Assembly: GCA_964635815.1 (NCBI GenBank) | Contig: CAZWQH010000003.1 | Location: forward strand, 1-41,514 | Source of the DNA: an uncultured Sandaracinaceae bacterium | GTDB taxonomy: Bacteria > Myxococcota_A > Polyangia > Polyangiales > JADJQN01 | Length of the DNA: 41,514 nt | Direction: 5' to 3' | In this document: one piece after another, positions 7,482 to 15,560 of the stretch | Layout of the letters: the number at the start of each line of letters is the position of its first letter | Position numbering within the stretch: the stretch's first letter is position 1 | Program-made: the position numbers and the translations under genes | Notes under the pieces: generated by a model | What the model saw: the letters and a program-made list of their open reading frames with translations, nothing else | What the model was told of the DNA's origin: nothing | Database searches by the model: none

Positions 7482-8102
7482 CTACTGCGCTTGGCGCTCG
7501 ACGACGATCGCGTCAGAGCAACGGACGCCAGCCTTCTCGGACAGTGTTTTGTACCAGTCCGCGACTCGATTGGTCGTGTACGGCAGGTGCGCGGCTCCCC
7601 AGATTACGCTCAGAGTGCGCGTCGTATCGGGCGCTGTTTTCGTACGTTGGCTGTCTTTGACCGCGTTGCCGCAGGCGCCGTTGGCATCGAACAAACACAG
7701 CAGCCCATCGACGTCGATGATCTGGCCCCCAGAGTTGAAAACGTAACTGTCTGCCTTACGTGCGACAGCGATTCGATAGGGCGCTTCGGCACGCGTCGCG
7801 CAGACGACAGTGATTGGCAAACCGCTGTGTAGTGAGACCGCGTTGCAAAGGTCCACAGCAAGGTTGATCGAGGGAAACGTGCCCTTCTCCACCGCGCCAG
7901 CCAAGTACTCGGAAGCAGGTTTACCTCGACCTGTCGGCTTGTACCCGCCGAATCGAAGCATTTCACGTACTCGCGTGCGCACATCGTCGGTCGCGCGGAA
8001 CGGAGCTTCGGCGCCCGCGGCATGCAGCGCGGATACGTGACTGGGAACGTTCAGATCGCCGAGTGGCCCCGGAAACTCGGAAACGAAAACGGCCGCAACC
8101 AA
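7482..8102 (-). CDS. B3/B4 tRNA-binding-domain protein (PheT B3_4-like, stand-alone)
   Basis: RVREMLRFGGYKPTGRGKPASEYLAGAVEKGTFPSINLAVDLCNAVSLHSGLPI... matches the stand-alone B3/4 domain family pattern from memory. TTG start at 8102, uncertain. Confidence 0.65.
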   Translation of the reverse strand: MVAAVFVSEFPGPLGDLNVPSHVSALHAAGAEAPFRATDDVRTRVREMLRFGGYKPTGRGKPASEYLAGAVEKGTFPSINLAVDLCNAVSLHSGLPITVVCATRAEAPYRIAVARKADSYVFNSGGQIIDVDGLLCLFDANGACGNAVKDSQRTKTAPDTTRTLSVIWGAAHLPYTTNRVADWYKTLSEKAGVRCSDAIVVERQAQ

Positions 8103-8149
8103 GGAGGGGTGCGGCTGCTGAGTGACCGTCAGGCCTTGCGCCGCGAAGG

Positions 8150-8920
8150 TCAGAGGACGAACTGCTGACCGAGCCGGAGCAGCTCGAAGTTTCGCCCGCG
8201 GATCTCGGCAAGCTCCTTCTCGACGCGCCGCTGGAACACGGGCTTGATGTGATAGAGCAGAATCGGAAGGTCCGCCGGTTTCTTGAGCTTGTGAAGCTCT
8301 CGCTCGAGCGTCTCTGGTGTGTGATGTCCCGATGCTACGGCGAGTGAGAGCTGCTCATCCGGAAACGAAACTTCCATGAGCAACGCGCGAAGGTCGTCCG
8401 TCTTGTTGAGGACCTCCCAAAGGCGTTTGGTGGGACCGGTGTCGCCAGAATACGCGATCGAACCGCCCCCGTTCTGCACGATGAACGCGCACGTGTCGAT
8501 GGTGTGGCTTACCTCGACGGCCTGAACCGTGATGCCCTTGATGACTTCGGTCTTCTTTTCGAGGGGGAGCTCTTTGTAGACGATCGTAGGACCAAGGGGC
8601 GTGTCGATCTTGGTGAAATCCGGCCAAAGCTGATCGTTGAAGAAATGCTTCTTCAATGTGTTGAGCGTTGCCTTCGGCGCCGCGATAACGATCGGCGGGC
8701 CACCTTGCTGGCATCGATTGTCTGCGAGCGACGCGAGGTCGCGCACGTGATCGAGATGCGCGTGACTAACGAGGACAACCTCGATGTTACGCTGCTGCTC
8801 GAGCGCGAGCATGCTCGTTACCGCACCCGCGTCGAGAGCCACTCGGCCTTCGATGAGGAAGCTCGACGTTTTGTGCTTCGGCGTTTCGCCTCCGTGACAA
8901 CCGAGGACCCTTAGTTCCAT
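8150..8920 (-). CDS. MBL-fold metallo-hydrolase, class II 3',5'-cyclic-nucleotide phosphodiesterase-like
   Basis: MELRVLGCHGGETPKHKTSSFLIEG...VLVSHAHLDHVRDL carries the HxHxDH metallo-beta-lactamase motif. The architecture resembles cAMP phosphodiesterase class II. Confidence 0.7.
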   Translation of the reverse strand: MELRVLGCHGGETPKHKTSSFLIEGRVALDAGAVTSMLALEQQRNIEVVLVSHAHLDHVRDLASLADNRCQQGGPPIVIAAPKATLNTLKKHFFNDQLWPDFTKIDTPLGPTIVYKELPLEKKTEVIKGITVQAVEVSHTIDTCAFIVQNGGGSIAYSGDTGPTKRLWEVLNKTDDLRALLMEVSFPDEQLSLAVASGHHTPETLERELHKLKKPADLPILLYHIKPVFQRRVEKELAEIRGRNFELLRLGQQFVL

Positions 8921-8997
8921 GGACGGACGAGACTACGAGTGTGTGGGGTCCACGTCAAAGAGGGTTTTTTAGGCCTCGCGTGCGGAGGCGGCGGAGA

Positions 8998-9570
8998 CTA
9001 CTCGCACGTGACGGCAACAGCTTCGCCAGCACTGCAATCGTGCGTGCCCCATGCCGCGTGTGCGCAGTCGTCCAATCGCGCTTCGGTTCCGCTGCACGCA
9101 ACTTCGTCTAGCCAAAAGGAGCCGGATCCAAACGTGACAGTTCGCGATAAGCCTCTCGCGCCGCTGAATCCGAGCTGCCGGCAAGCGACGCGAGCGTCCG
9201 CCTCGGCGAACCCGTCGTCACAAATCGCGCGCCACTCGCCATCGTGGAAGATTTCGATCGCGCCATCCGTTCCGGCTGCGAAACGTAGAGTTGCACCCGT
9301 TGTATTCACGTCTCTAGGCACGACACGGTCGGCTGGCATCGCGACGTCCGGAAGCGTGATCCGACTGTCCGGCACGAAGTTGGTGCCTCGATCCGAGAGG
9401 ACGATGCTCGAATCCGAGGCCGAGAAGGTCGCGGCATCCGAACCGATTGGCTCGCCAGTTCCGCCGCCGCCCGAGCGTCGGCACGCAGCCGTGAGTAGCA
9501 CCAGCAGTGTGATCGTGAACCGCGCGCCGGTTTTCAGGGATTCCACTCGATGACTTACGGGGTAACGCAC
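8998..9570 (-). CDS. Lipoprotein with a C-terminal SRCR (scavenger receptor cysteine-rich) domain
   Basis: Lipobox LLTAAC. C-terminal ~100 aa LRFAAGTDGAIEIFHDGEWRAICDDGFAEADARVACRQLGFSGARG...FGSGSFWLDEVACSGTEARLDDCAHAAWGTHDCSAGEAVAVTCE follows the SRCR consensus (G.WG.VCDD.W....A.VVCRQLG...FG.G.G.IWLD.V.C.G.E..L..C......H.C.H.EDA.V.C) with 6 Cys. Start is GTG 9570 or GTG 9546. Confidence 0.8.
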   Translation of the reverse strand: MRYPVSHRVESLKTGARFTITLLVLLTAACRRSGGGGTGEPIGSDAATFSASDSSIVLSDRGTNFVPDSRITLPDVAMPADRVVPRDVNTTGATLRFAAGTDGAIEIFHDGEWRAICDDGFAEADARVACRQLGFSGARGLSRTVTFGSGSFWLDEVACSGTEARLDDCAHAAWGTHDCSAGEAVAVTCE

Positions 9571-9587
9571 AACTTCTTCCCTCTCGC

Positions 9588-10322
9588 TTGCGAAGGCCGC
9601 AACGTGCGTGGTACCGAGGCCCTGTGCAACGTGCCGCAGCCCTGGCTTTGATTTCTCTTGGACTCCTGTTCGTTAGCGCAGGTCGTGCCTTTGCTCAGGC
9701 AAATCCAGGGAACACGCGGACCGTCTCGGTCATCAGCGGGCGTCTACTTGAGCGTGGGCGTTCCACGTTTACCTTTCAGGCCGGGTGGCCAGGCGTAAAT
9801 GGCCAACTGACGCTAGCCCCACTCGACCGGTTCAACATTGGTTTGCGCGCGGCGATCTATTACGGGTCTCCCATCATGGGCTTCGCCAACGGGTTTGGTT
9901 CGGCGGCCGAGTTTCCCATGCGAATCGAGGTCTCAGGGGAGGGCGACTGGCACCTGTCCGTCGCTATAGAACCGTCGGTTCTGCTCGCTCAGGGCAGACT
10001 GGTCGGCCAGCGATTCGGCGGTCTCGATAAGCTGTCCATCGCTCCGAGCATTTTTGCGGGTCTCCTTCTTGGGGTGCGTGCGGGCGACATCGTTACGTTC
10101 ACGATCGGTGGACTGCTCGGTGCCGGTCTTCTTCATGCTGTCGATGCGGGCACTACCGAGGGCTACACGGCGGCTCTCGCGCGCGCAGGTCTCGAGTTCG
10201 CGATCACGCGCGACATCGTCATCCACGCCGTTGGTGAGCTAGGATTCGGTGGCTCGAGCACCATGTTGTTCGGCGTAGCGAGCATCGTTCGCGGTTGGTT
10301 CGGGGTTACGCTCGCGATCTGA
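9588..10322 (+). CDS. Secreted Gly/Ala-rich hypothetical protein (outer-membrane beta-barrel-like)
   Basis: Signal peptide ...AAALALISLGLLFVSAGRAFAQ, then alternating hydrophobic beta-strand-like segments. The true start may be GTG 9624. No family recognised. Confidence 0.55.
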   Translation: MRRPQRAWYRGPVQRAAALALISLGLLFVSAGRAFAQANPGNTRTVSVISGRLLERGRSTFTFQAGWPGVNGQLTLAPLDRFNIGLRAAIYYGSPIMGFANGFGSAAEFPMRIEVSGEGDWHLSVAIEPSVLLAQGRLVGQRFGGLDKLSIAPSIFAGLLLGVRAGDIVTFTIGGLLGAGLLHAVDAGTTEGYTAALARAGLEFAITRDIVIHAVGELGFGGSSTMLFGVASIVRGWFGVTLAI

Positions 10323-10344
10323 TCGCGATGAAAAGAGGGGTCGC

Positions 10345-12912
10345 ATGAGTCTTCCCGTAGACATCCGTACGAACATCGAACCGGATGCAGGAGGGTGGTT
10401 CGGTCGTGACGATGACGAAAAGCTCGCAAGCGAGCTCGTGAACGGCTCTCAGCTGGTGACCATCTTCGGAGCTCCGGGTGCCGGCAAGACACGGCTGGCG
10501 CGCAGAGTCGCTCGGCGAGTCGCCGAGGCGAAACCACCTGACGGCGGAGCGTGGTTCTGTGACCTTTCCAGCACCCGAAGCGATTCGGAAGTCGATCAAC
10601 GCATCGCATTTTCGCTCGAGCTCGGCGACGCGAAACAAGCGCTCACTCCAGACGTCATTGGTCGACTGCTTCACGCTCGCGGCGATATGGTTGTCGTTCT
10701 CGACAACGCAGAGCACGTGCTCGATGCCCTTGCTACGCGGCTTGCGCGTTGGGTGGAAACCGCGCCTCTGGTGCACTTCATCGTCACGTCCCGAGAGGCG
10801 CTGAATATCGCGGCCGAGCACCGAGTGTCACTGCTCGGACTCGGTCTCGAGCCTGCGATCGCACTCATGCGAGACCGCGCCGGCTCGCATGTAGAAGACA
10901 GCGCAAGCTTGCGCTCACTCGCGGCCACTCTCGACGGCCTTCCCCTCGCGCTCGAGCTTGCAGGTGCGCGGCTTCAGACGAGCAGCGCCGATCAGATTTC
11001 TGCCGAGCTGAAGGCCGGTAAGCTGGGCGAATCCGGTGTTGGCAAGACCACGCTCGCAGCGACCGTGGACTGGTCCCTTGAGCTGTTGTCGAACGAAGAG
11101 CGCGAATTTCTCGGTGCGATTTCCGTGTTTCCGTTTGCGTTCCACTTGTCGTGGGCCGAATCGGTAAGCGGACGAGCGGACGGCGTTGCGCTTCTGGCGA
11201 AGCTCATTGCGAAGTCTCTCGTGATGCGCGAGCGCGACGCGTTTCGTTTGTACGCGGTCGTTCGAGAGCGAGCGGTGAAGCTTTCCGATCCCGAGCTTCA
11301 CGCATCGATGACGCTGCGGTTTGCTCGTCACATGGTCTCGGTAGGCGAGAGCATCGTCGCGTCGATGCCCTCAGACGGTACGACGGCGGTTGGCGAGTTG
11401 GACCGCGCGTTCTTGTCTCTGTGGCATGCGTTCGACGCGCTCGCAGATGCGAACGAGTGGAACCTAGCAAGCCGGTTGGCCCTCGCGATGGAAGCGATCA
11501 TCGATGCTCGGGGCCCTGCAGATCACTACGCTCGGATGCTCAAGCGTTGCATGGATGCCCATAACAGCGATGAAGTCGACTCCGTCTTCGTACGCCTGCT
11601 GACGAACTACGGCTACGCGCTTCGAGTTCTTGGGAAGCTGGATCTTTCGATCGAGCAACACGAGCGGGCGATTCGCATCGCGCGACTGTTGGTCGCCAAG
11701 GAACCAAGTGACACCTCTGCGCTCGTAAACGTGCTCCAAATGTTGGCGCTCAGTCAGCAGCTCGACAAACGACGTCCGGCCGCTGACCTGATGAAAGAAG
11801 CGCTCGCTCACGTCGCGAACGCGAATATCGAGACGCAGCGGTGTCTATACATTTCCGCCGCCGTCTTTGCCGCTGGCACGAACGACCTTGCCGGCGTCGA
11901 GAGAAATGTCGTCGCCGCGAAAGCCACCGGGATTACACCGCGGAATCGGTTCGCACCGGTCATGACCACCTGCGAAGCGAGCCTGCCGCATGCGGTCGGA
12001 GATATCCGAAAGGCGGAGACATTGCTGCGTGACGCCGTTCGATCGGCTCGCGCCATGAAGTACTGCGTGTCCGAGGCTCAGGCGCTTCGCGGTCTTGCCA
12101 TGTGCGCTGTGCAGCGTGGCGCTGATCTCGATGCAGAGCAGCACCTGCTCGATGCCATTCGGACGTTGGAGGAGAGCGGCCAAGACGTCTCGGCGGTCGG
12201 CATTCGCGTACTTCTCGCGGGACTCTACTTACGTTCGCGTCGCCTACGAAACGCCCACGACGTAGCGATCGAGGCCACTCGTCTGGCGGAGCGCTCCGGT
12301 GTGCAGTACCTGCAGGCGCGAGCGGGCGCTTTGCGGATTGCGATTGGTCACGCGTTGCACGCGGAACCCGACTCGCTGGAACGCTTCGACGCGCAAGTGG
12401 CCACCGTCGATGCAACGCACGCGAGGTCAGCGGATGCACTTCGCGTTCTGCGCGCCCTATTCACGGGTAGCATCGAGACGTCGTTGCTCGAGGACGCGAA
12501 GAAGGCTCAACCGATTGCGCCCGAGACAGCGATCATGGTCGCTTCGGTCATGGGATACCTCAGGCCTGCGACCGCGGAGAAGCCAGTGCGCTTGCGAATC
12601 GCGCCGCGCTGCCTCAGCGTTCAACTCGACGAGGAATCCACGATCGACCTTTCCTCGCGGAGCGCGCTACGACGCATCGTCGCGGCTCTCGTCGATGCGA
12701 GGCTGTCGTCGCTCGGGCGCCCGCTCAGCGTTGCCGACCTGGTGGCGAGAGGCTGGCCAGAGGACCCGATTGGCCCAAAAACCGGAGCGAATCGCGTCTA
12801 CGTTGCCGTGAACACATTGCGCACGATGGGTCTAGACAAAGTGATTATCCGCAATGATGACGGATACTTACTCGATCCAGACGTGGGAATCGAGCTTTCG
12901 TCCGACCCTTGA
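10345..12912 (+). CDS. STAND NTPase regulator: NB-ARC-like ATPase + TPR-like helical repeats + C-terminal OmpR/PhoB-type winged helix
   Basis: Walker A GAPGAGKTRLA, Walker B VVVLDNAEH, GLPLALELAG (NB-ARC GxP motif), and a WH-like segment WSLELLSNEEREFLGAISVFPFAF. A long helical-repeat middle follows. C-terminus SVADLVARGWPEDP...ANRVYVAVNTLRTMGL...IIRNDDGYLL resembles Trans_reg_C. Confidence 0.75.
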   Translation: MSLPVDIRTNIEPDAGGWFGRDDDEKLASELVNGSQLVTIFGAPGAGKTRLARRVARRVAEAKPPDGGAWFCDLSSTRSDSEVDQRIAFSLELGDAKQALTPDVIGRLLHARGDMVVVLDNAEHVLDALATRLARWVETAPLVHFIVTSREALNIAAEHRVSLLGLGLEPAIALMRDRAGSHVEDSASLRSLAATLDGLPLALELAGARLQTSSADQISAELKAGKLGESGVGKTTLAATVDWSLELLSNEEREFLGAISVFPFAFHLSWAESVSGRADGVALLAKLIAKSLVMRERDAFRLYAVVRERAVKLSDPELHASMTLRFARHMVSVGESIVASMPSDGTTAVGELDRAFLSLWHAFDALADANEWNLASRLALAMEAIIDARGPADHYARMLKRCMDAHNSDEVDSVFVRLLTNYGYALRVLGKLDLSIEQHERAIRIARLLVAKEPSDTSALVNVLQMLALSQQLDKRRPAADLMKEALAHVANANIETQRCLYISAAVFAAGTNDLAGVERNVVAAKATGITPRNRFAPVMTTCEASLPHAVGDIRKAETLLRDAVRSARAMKYCVSEAQALRGLAMCAVQRGADLDAEQHLLDAIRTLEESGQDVSAVGIRVLLAGLYLRSRRLRNAHDVAIEATRLAERSGVQYLQARAGALRIAIGHALHAEPDSLERFDAQVATVDATHARSADALRVLRALFTGSIETSLLEDAKKAQPIAPETAIMVASVMGYLRPATAEKPVRLRIAPRCLSVQLDEESTIDLSSRSALRRIVAALVDARLSSLGRPLSVADLVARGWPEDPIGPKTGANRVYVAVNTLRTMGLDKVIIRNDDGYLLDPDVGIELSSDP

Positions 12913-12981
12913 CGAGGTGCGGGTCGCACAACACCCTTCGCGACCGGCGCACACACCATGTTGTTCCGGCCGTGAGTACCC

Positions 12982-14463
12982 GTGCCTTCAAAGTCCGTAT
13001 CCAAGTCTCTCGAATCCAACGCGCCCCAGACGATTCACTTTCTCTCCCTTGGCTGCCCCAAGAACAGAGTCGATACCGAGGTCATGCTCGGTGTCAGCGA
13101 CAACCAGGGATTTCGCCTCGTCGACAAGCCTGACACCGCTGATGTGATCGTCATCAATACGTGCGGTTTTATCGGTGCTGCGAAAGAAGAGAGCGTGGAC
13201 GCCATCCTCGAGATGAGCGCGTTCAAAGAGTCGGGCACGTGCAAGCGACTCGTCGTGTCGGGATGTCTTTCCCAGCGATACTCGGACGAGCTCGCGCGCG
13301 AGATGCCCGAGGTCGACCACTTCCTTGGTTCGAGCGACATGCTGAAGCTCAAGAACGTGCTCGAAGCACCTCTGGGCAAAGAGACCTCCGTCCCCCGAAT
13401 GCTGGTGGGCAATCCCGCCGAGTATACGATTCGAGTGACAGATCCACGGAAGCTCTCCGCGGCGTCTCATTCTGCATATGTGAAGATCGCCGAAGGATGC
13501 AATCGCACATGCAGCTTCTGCATCATTCCCGCGATTCGCGGAAAGCAAAGATCGCGCTCCATAGACGACGTCGTGCGCGAGGCAAAGCTCCTAGTACGTC
13601 AGGGCACCGTTGAGCTCAACTTGGTGAGCCAAGACACTGTGGCGTGGGGCCGCGATCTAAAAGGCGGTGCGGCGAAGGACCGAGAAACGCTCGCAGACCT
13701 GGTAAAGGCGGTTGCGGACGTCGACGGCGTGAAGTGGGTACGGCTGCATTACCTGTACCCCGAAGGTCTGACCGACGAGCTCATCGATTTGCTGGCGAAT
13801 CATCCTCGCGTGCTTCCGTACGTCGACATGCCTCTCCAGCACGCGAGTGACTCCATGCTGCGTCGCATGCGACGTGGACACGGTGGGCCGCGTCTTCGCA
13901 AGGTCGTCGAGACCCTGCGAACGCGCGTTCCCAATCTGGTCTTCCGGACCGCATTCATCGTGGGCCATCCAGGCGAGACCGAAGCTGATTTCGAAGAGCT
14001 ACTCGAGTTTGTGCGATGGGCTGAGTTCGATCGCGTCGGTGTTTTCCGGTACTCCAGCGAAGAGGGCACACGCAGTCACGAAATGGGCGAGCCCGTTCCC
14101 GCGCGAGTCGCGGCGGCGCGGCATCGTAAGCTTCTCTCTGCACAGCGCCCGATCAGCAAGAAGAAGCTGCGGTCGCTCATCGGTCAGGAGATCGAAGTGC
14201 TGATCGACGCGCCGAGCGACGAGAGCGAATTCCTGCTCGAAGGTCGGTACTTCGGGCAGGCGCCGGAGATCGACGGGAAGGTTCACCTTGCCAACGGCGA
14301 GGGAAGCGTTGGACAGTTGCGACGAGCGATCGTCACGCATGCGGCCGACTACGATCTCGTCGCGGACCTCCTCTCCGAGGACGGGGTGCAGGAATCCGCT
14401 GCGCTCCTCGATGCTCCGAAGCGTCGCCGAGGCCCTGTGCGATTGCGCACCTTCGCCGGCTGA
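12982..14463 (+). CDS. rimO: Ribosomal protein S12 methylthiotransferase RimO (radical SAM)
   Basis: IHFLSLGCPKNRVDTEVMLG N-terminal UPF0004 domain, radical-SAM CNRTCSFCIIP, and a C-terminal TRAM-like region. GTG start. Confidence 0.88.
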   Translation: MPSKSVSKSLESNAPQTIHFLSLGCPKNRVDTEVMLGVSDNQGFRLVDKPDTADVIVINTCGFIGAAKEESVDAILEMSAFKESGTCKRLVVSGCLSQRYSDELAREMPEVDHFLGSSDMLKLKNVLEAPLGKETSVPRMLVGNPAEYTIRVTDPRKLSAASHSAYVKIAEGCNRTCSFCIIPAIRGKQRSRSIDDVVREAKLLVRQGTVELNLVSQDTVAWGRDLKGGAAKDRETLADLVKAVADVDGVKWVRLHYLYPEGLTDELIDLLANHPRVLPYVDMPLQHASDSMLRRMRRGHGGPRLRKVVETLRTRVPNLVFRTAFIVGHPGETEADFEELLEFVRWAEFDRVGVFRYSSEEGTRSHEMGEPVPARVAAARHRKLLSAQRPISKKKLRSLIGQEIEVLIDAPSDESEFLLEGRYFGQAPEIDGKVHLANGEGSVGQLRRAIVTHAADYDLVADLLSEDGVQESAALLDAPKRRRGPVRLRTFAG

Positions 14464-14482
14464 CGTAGCCCCTATGCTTCCG

Positions 14483-14510
14483 AGACTTCAGCTTCGAAGT
14501 CTTCGATTTT
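14483..14510 (+). terminator. Weak rho-independent terminator candidate after rimO
   Basis: AGACTTC (14483-14489) pairs with GAAGTCT (14496-14502), 6-nt loop, followed by TCGATTTT. The stem is AT-rich, so the call is weak. Confidence 0.35.
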
Positions 14511-14512
14511 GA

Positions 14513-14872
<360 letters not shown>

Positions 14873-14876
14873 CCGG

Positions 14877-15560
14877 TTGATCGTGCGCTTCGTAGCGCTC
14901 GTCTTTGTGATGGCGTCGACCACGGCGTGTGCCGGTGCGATGCCCACCTTTCTTGGAGGCTCCACCACGCCGCCGTCGCGAGTGAGTCTGTACCTGGGCG
15001 GAGCGGCTCGGATTCCGTTCGCGGAGTTGCGTCCTCAAAGCGATGCGGACGCAAACGCGGTCAGCAGTGGCCTCTCGCCCCTCGCGGCGGTTCGCTATGC
15101 GGTGATTCGAGGCACGGATCTTGGTGTTGCTGCTGTGGGCGCTGTCGCTCACGGCACGCTTCACACGCGTCGAGCGCTCACGTCGTCGCTGGGCTGGAGC
15201 CTGTTGCTCGATGCACACGGTGGAGCGTCCGGAGGCGCCTCGCGGGAGTGGGTTCCCCGCGCGGGGCTTACGACGACGAGCGGTATCACGGGATCGTTTG
15301 GCGGGATCGCAGAAGGGTGGCTCGCGCTTCGCGTCGGGGGCGAGTGGGTCGACAGCGCTTTGCGAATGTCGAGCGCGTCGGGCTCATCGGGCGTCGTTCG
15401 CGTGGGAGCGGTCCTGGGAGTTGGGTTCGGTTTCCGAAACACCTACGTGCTTCTGGAATGCGCTCTCGATCACGAATGGTGGTTCGCGCTCGGAAATAGC
15501 AGCGCCGGTGTCGCTGGTTTCAGCGTCACTCCCGGATTTGCGTTGCGTCTGACACTGTAG
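14877..15560 (+). CDS. Hypothetical lipoprotein / beta-strand-rich exported protein
   Basis: LIVRFVALVFVMASTTACAG (signal plus lipobox-like TTAC). The ORF-track start 14838 would overlap the ferredoxin gene; TTG 14877, GTG 14883 or ATG 14910 are plausible. The 3' end overlaps the convergent gene by 35 nt. Confidence 0.5.
   Translation: MIVRFVALVFVMASTTACAGAMPTFLGGSTTPPSRVSLYLGGAARIPFAELRPQSDADANAVSSGLSPLAAVRYAVIRGTDLGVAAVGAVAHGTLHTRRALTSSLGWSLLLDAHGGASGGASREWVPRAGLTTTSGITGSFGGIAEGWLALRVGGEWVDSALRMSSASGSSGVVRVGAVLGVGFGFRNTYVLLECALDHEWWFALGNSSAGVAGFSVTPGFALRLTL

Noticed and set aside
10900-10915. 16-bp perfect palindrome AGCGCAAGCTTGCGCT, plus the hairpin AGCTCG-CAAG-CGAGCT at 10421-10436
   Set aside because: Both lie inside the STAND CDS and are explained by the locally palindromic codon strings (DSASLRSL, KLASEL). 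About 0.6 perfect 16-bp palindromes are expected by chance in the window.
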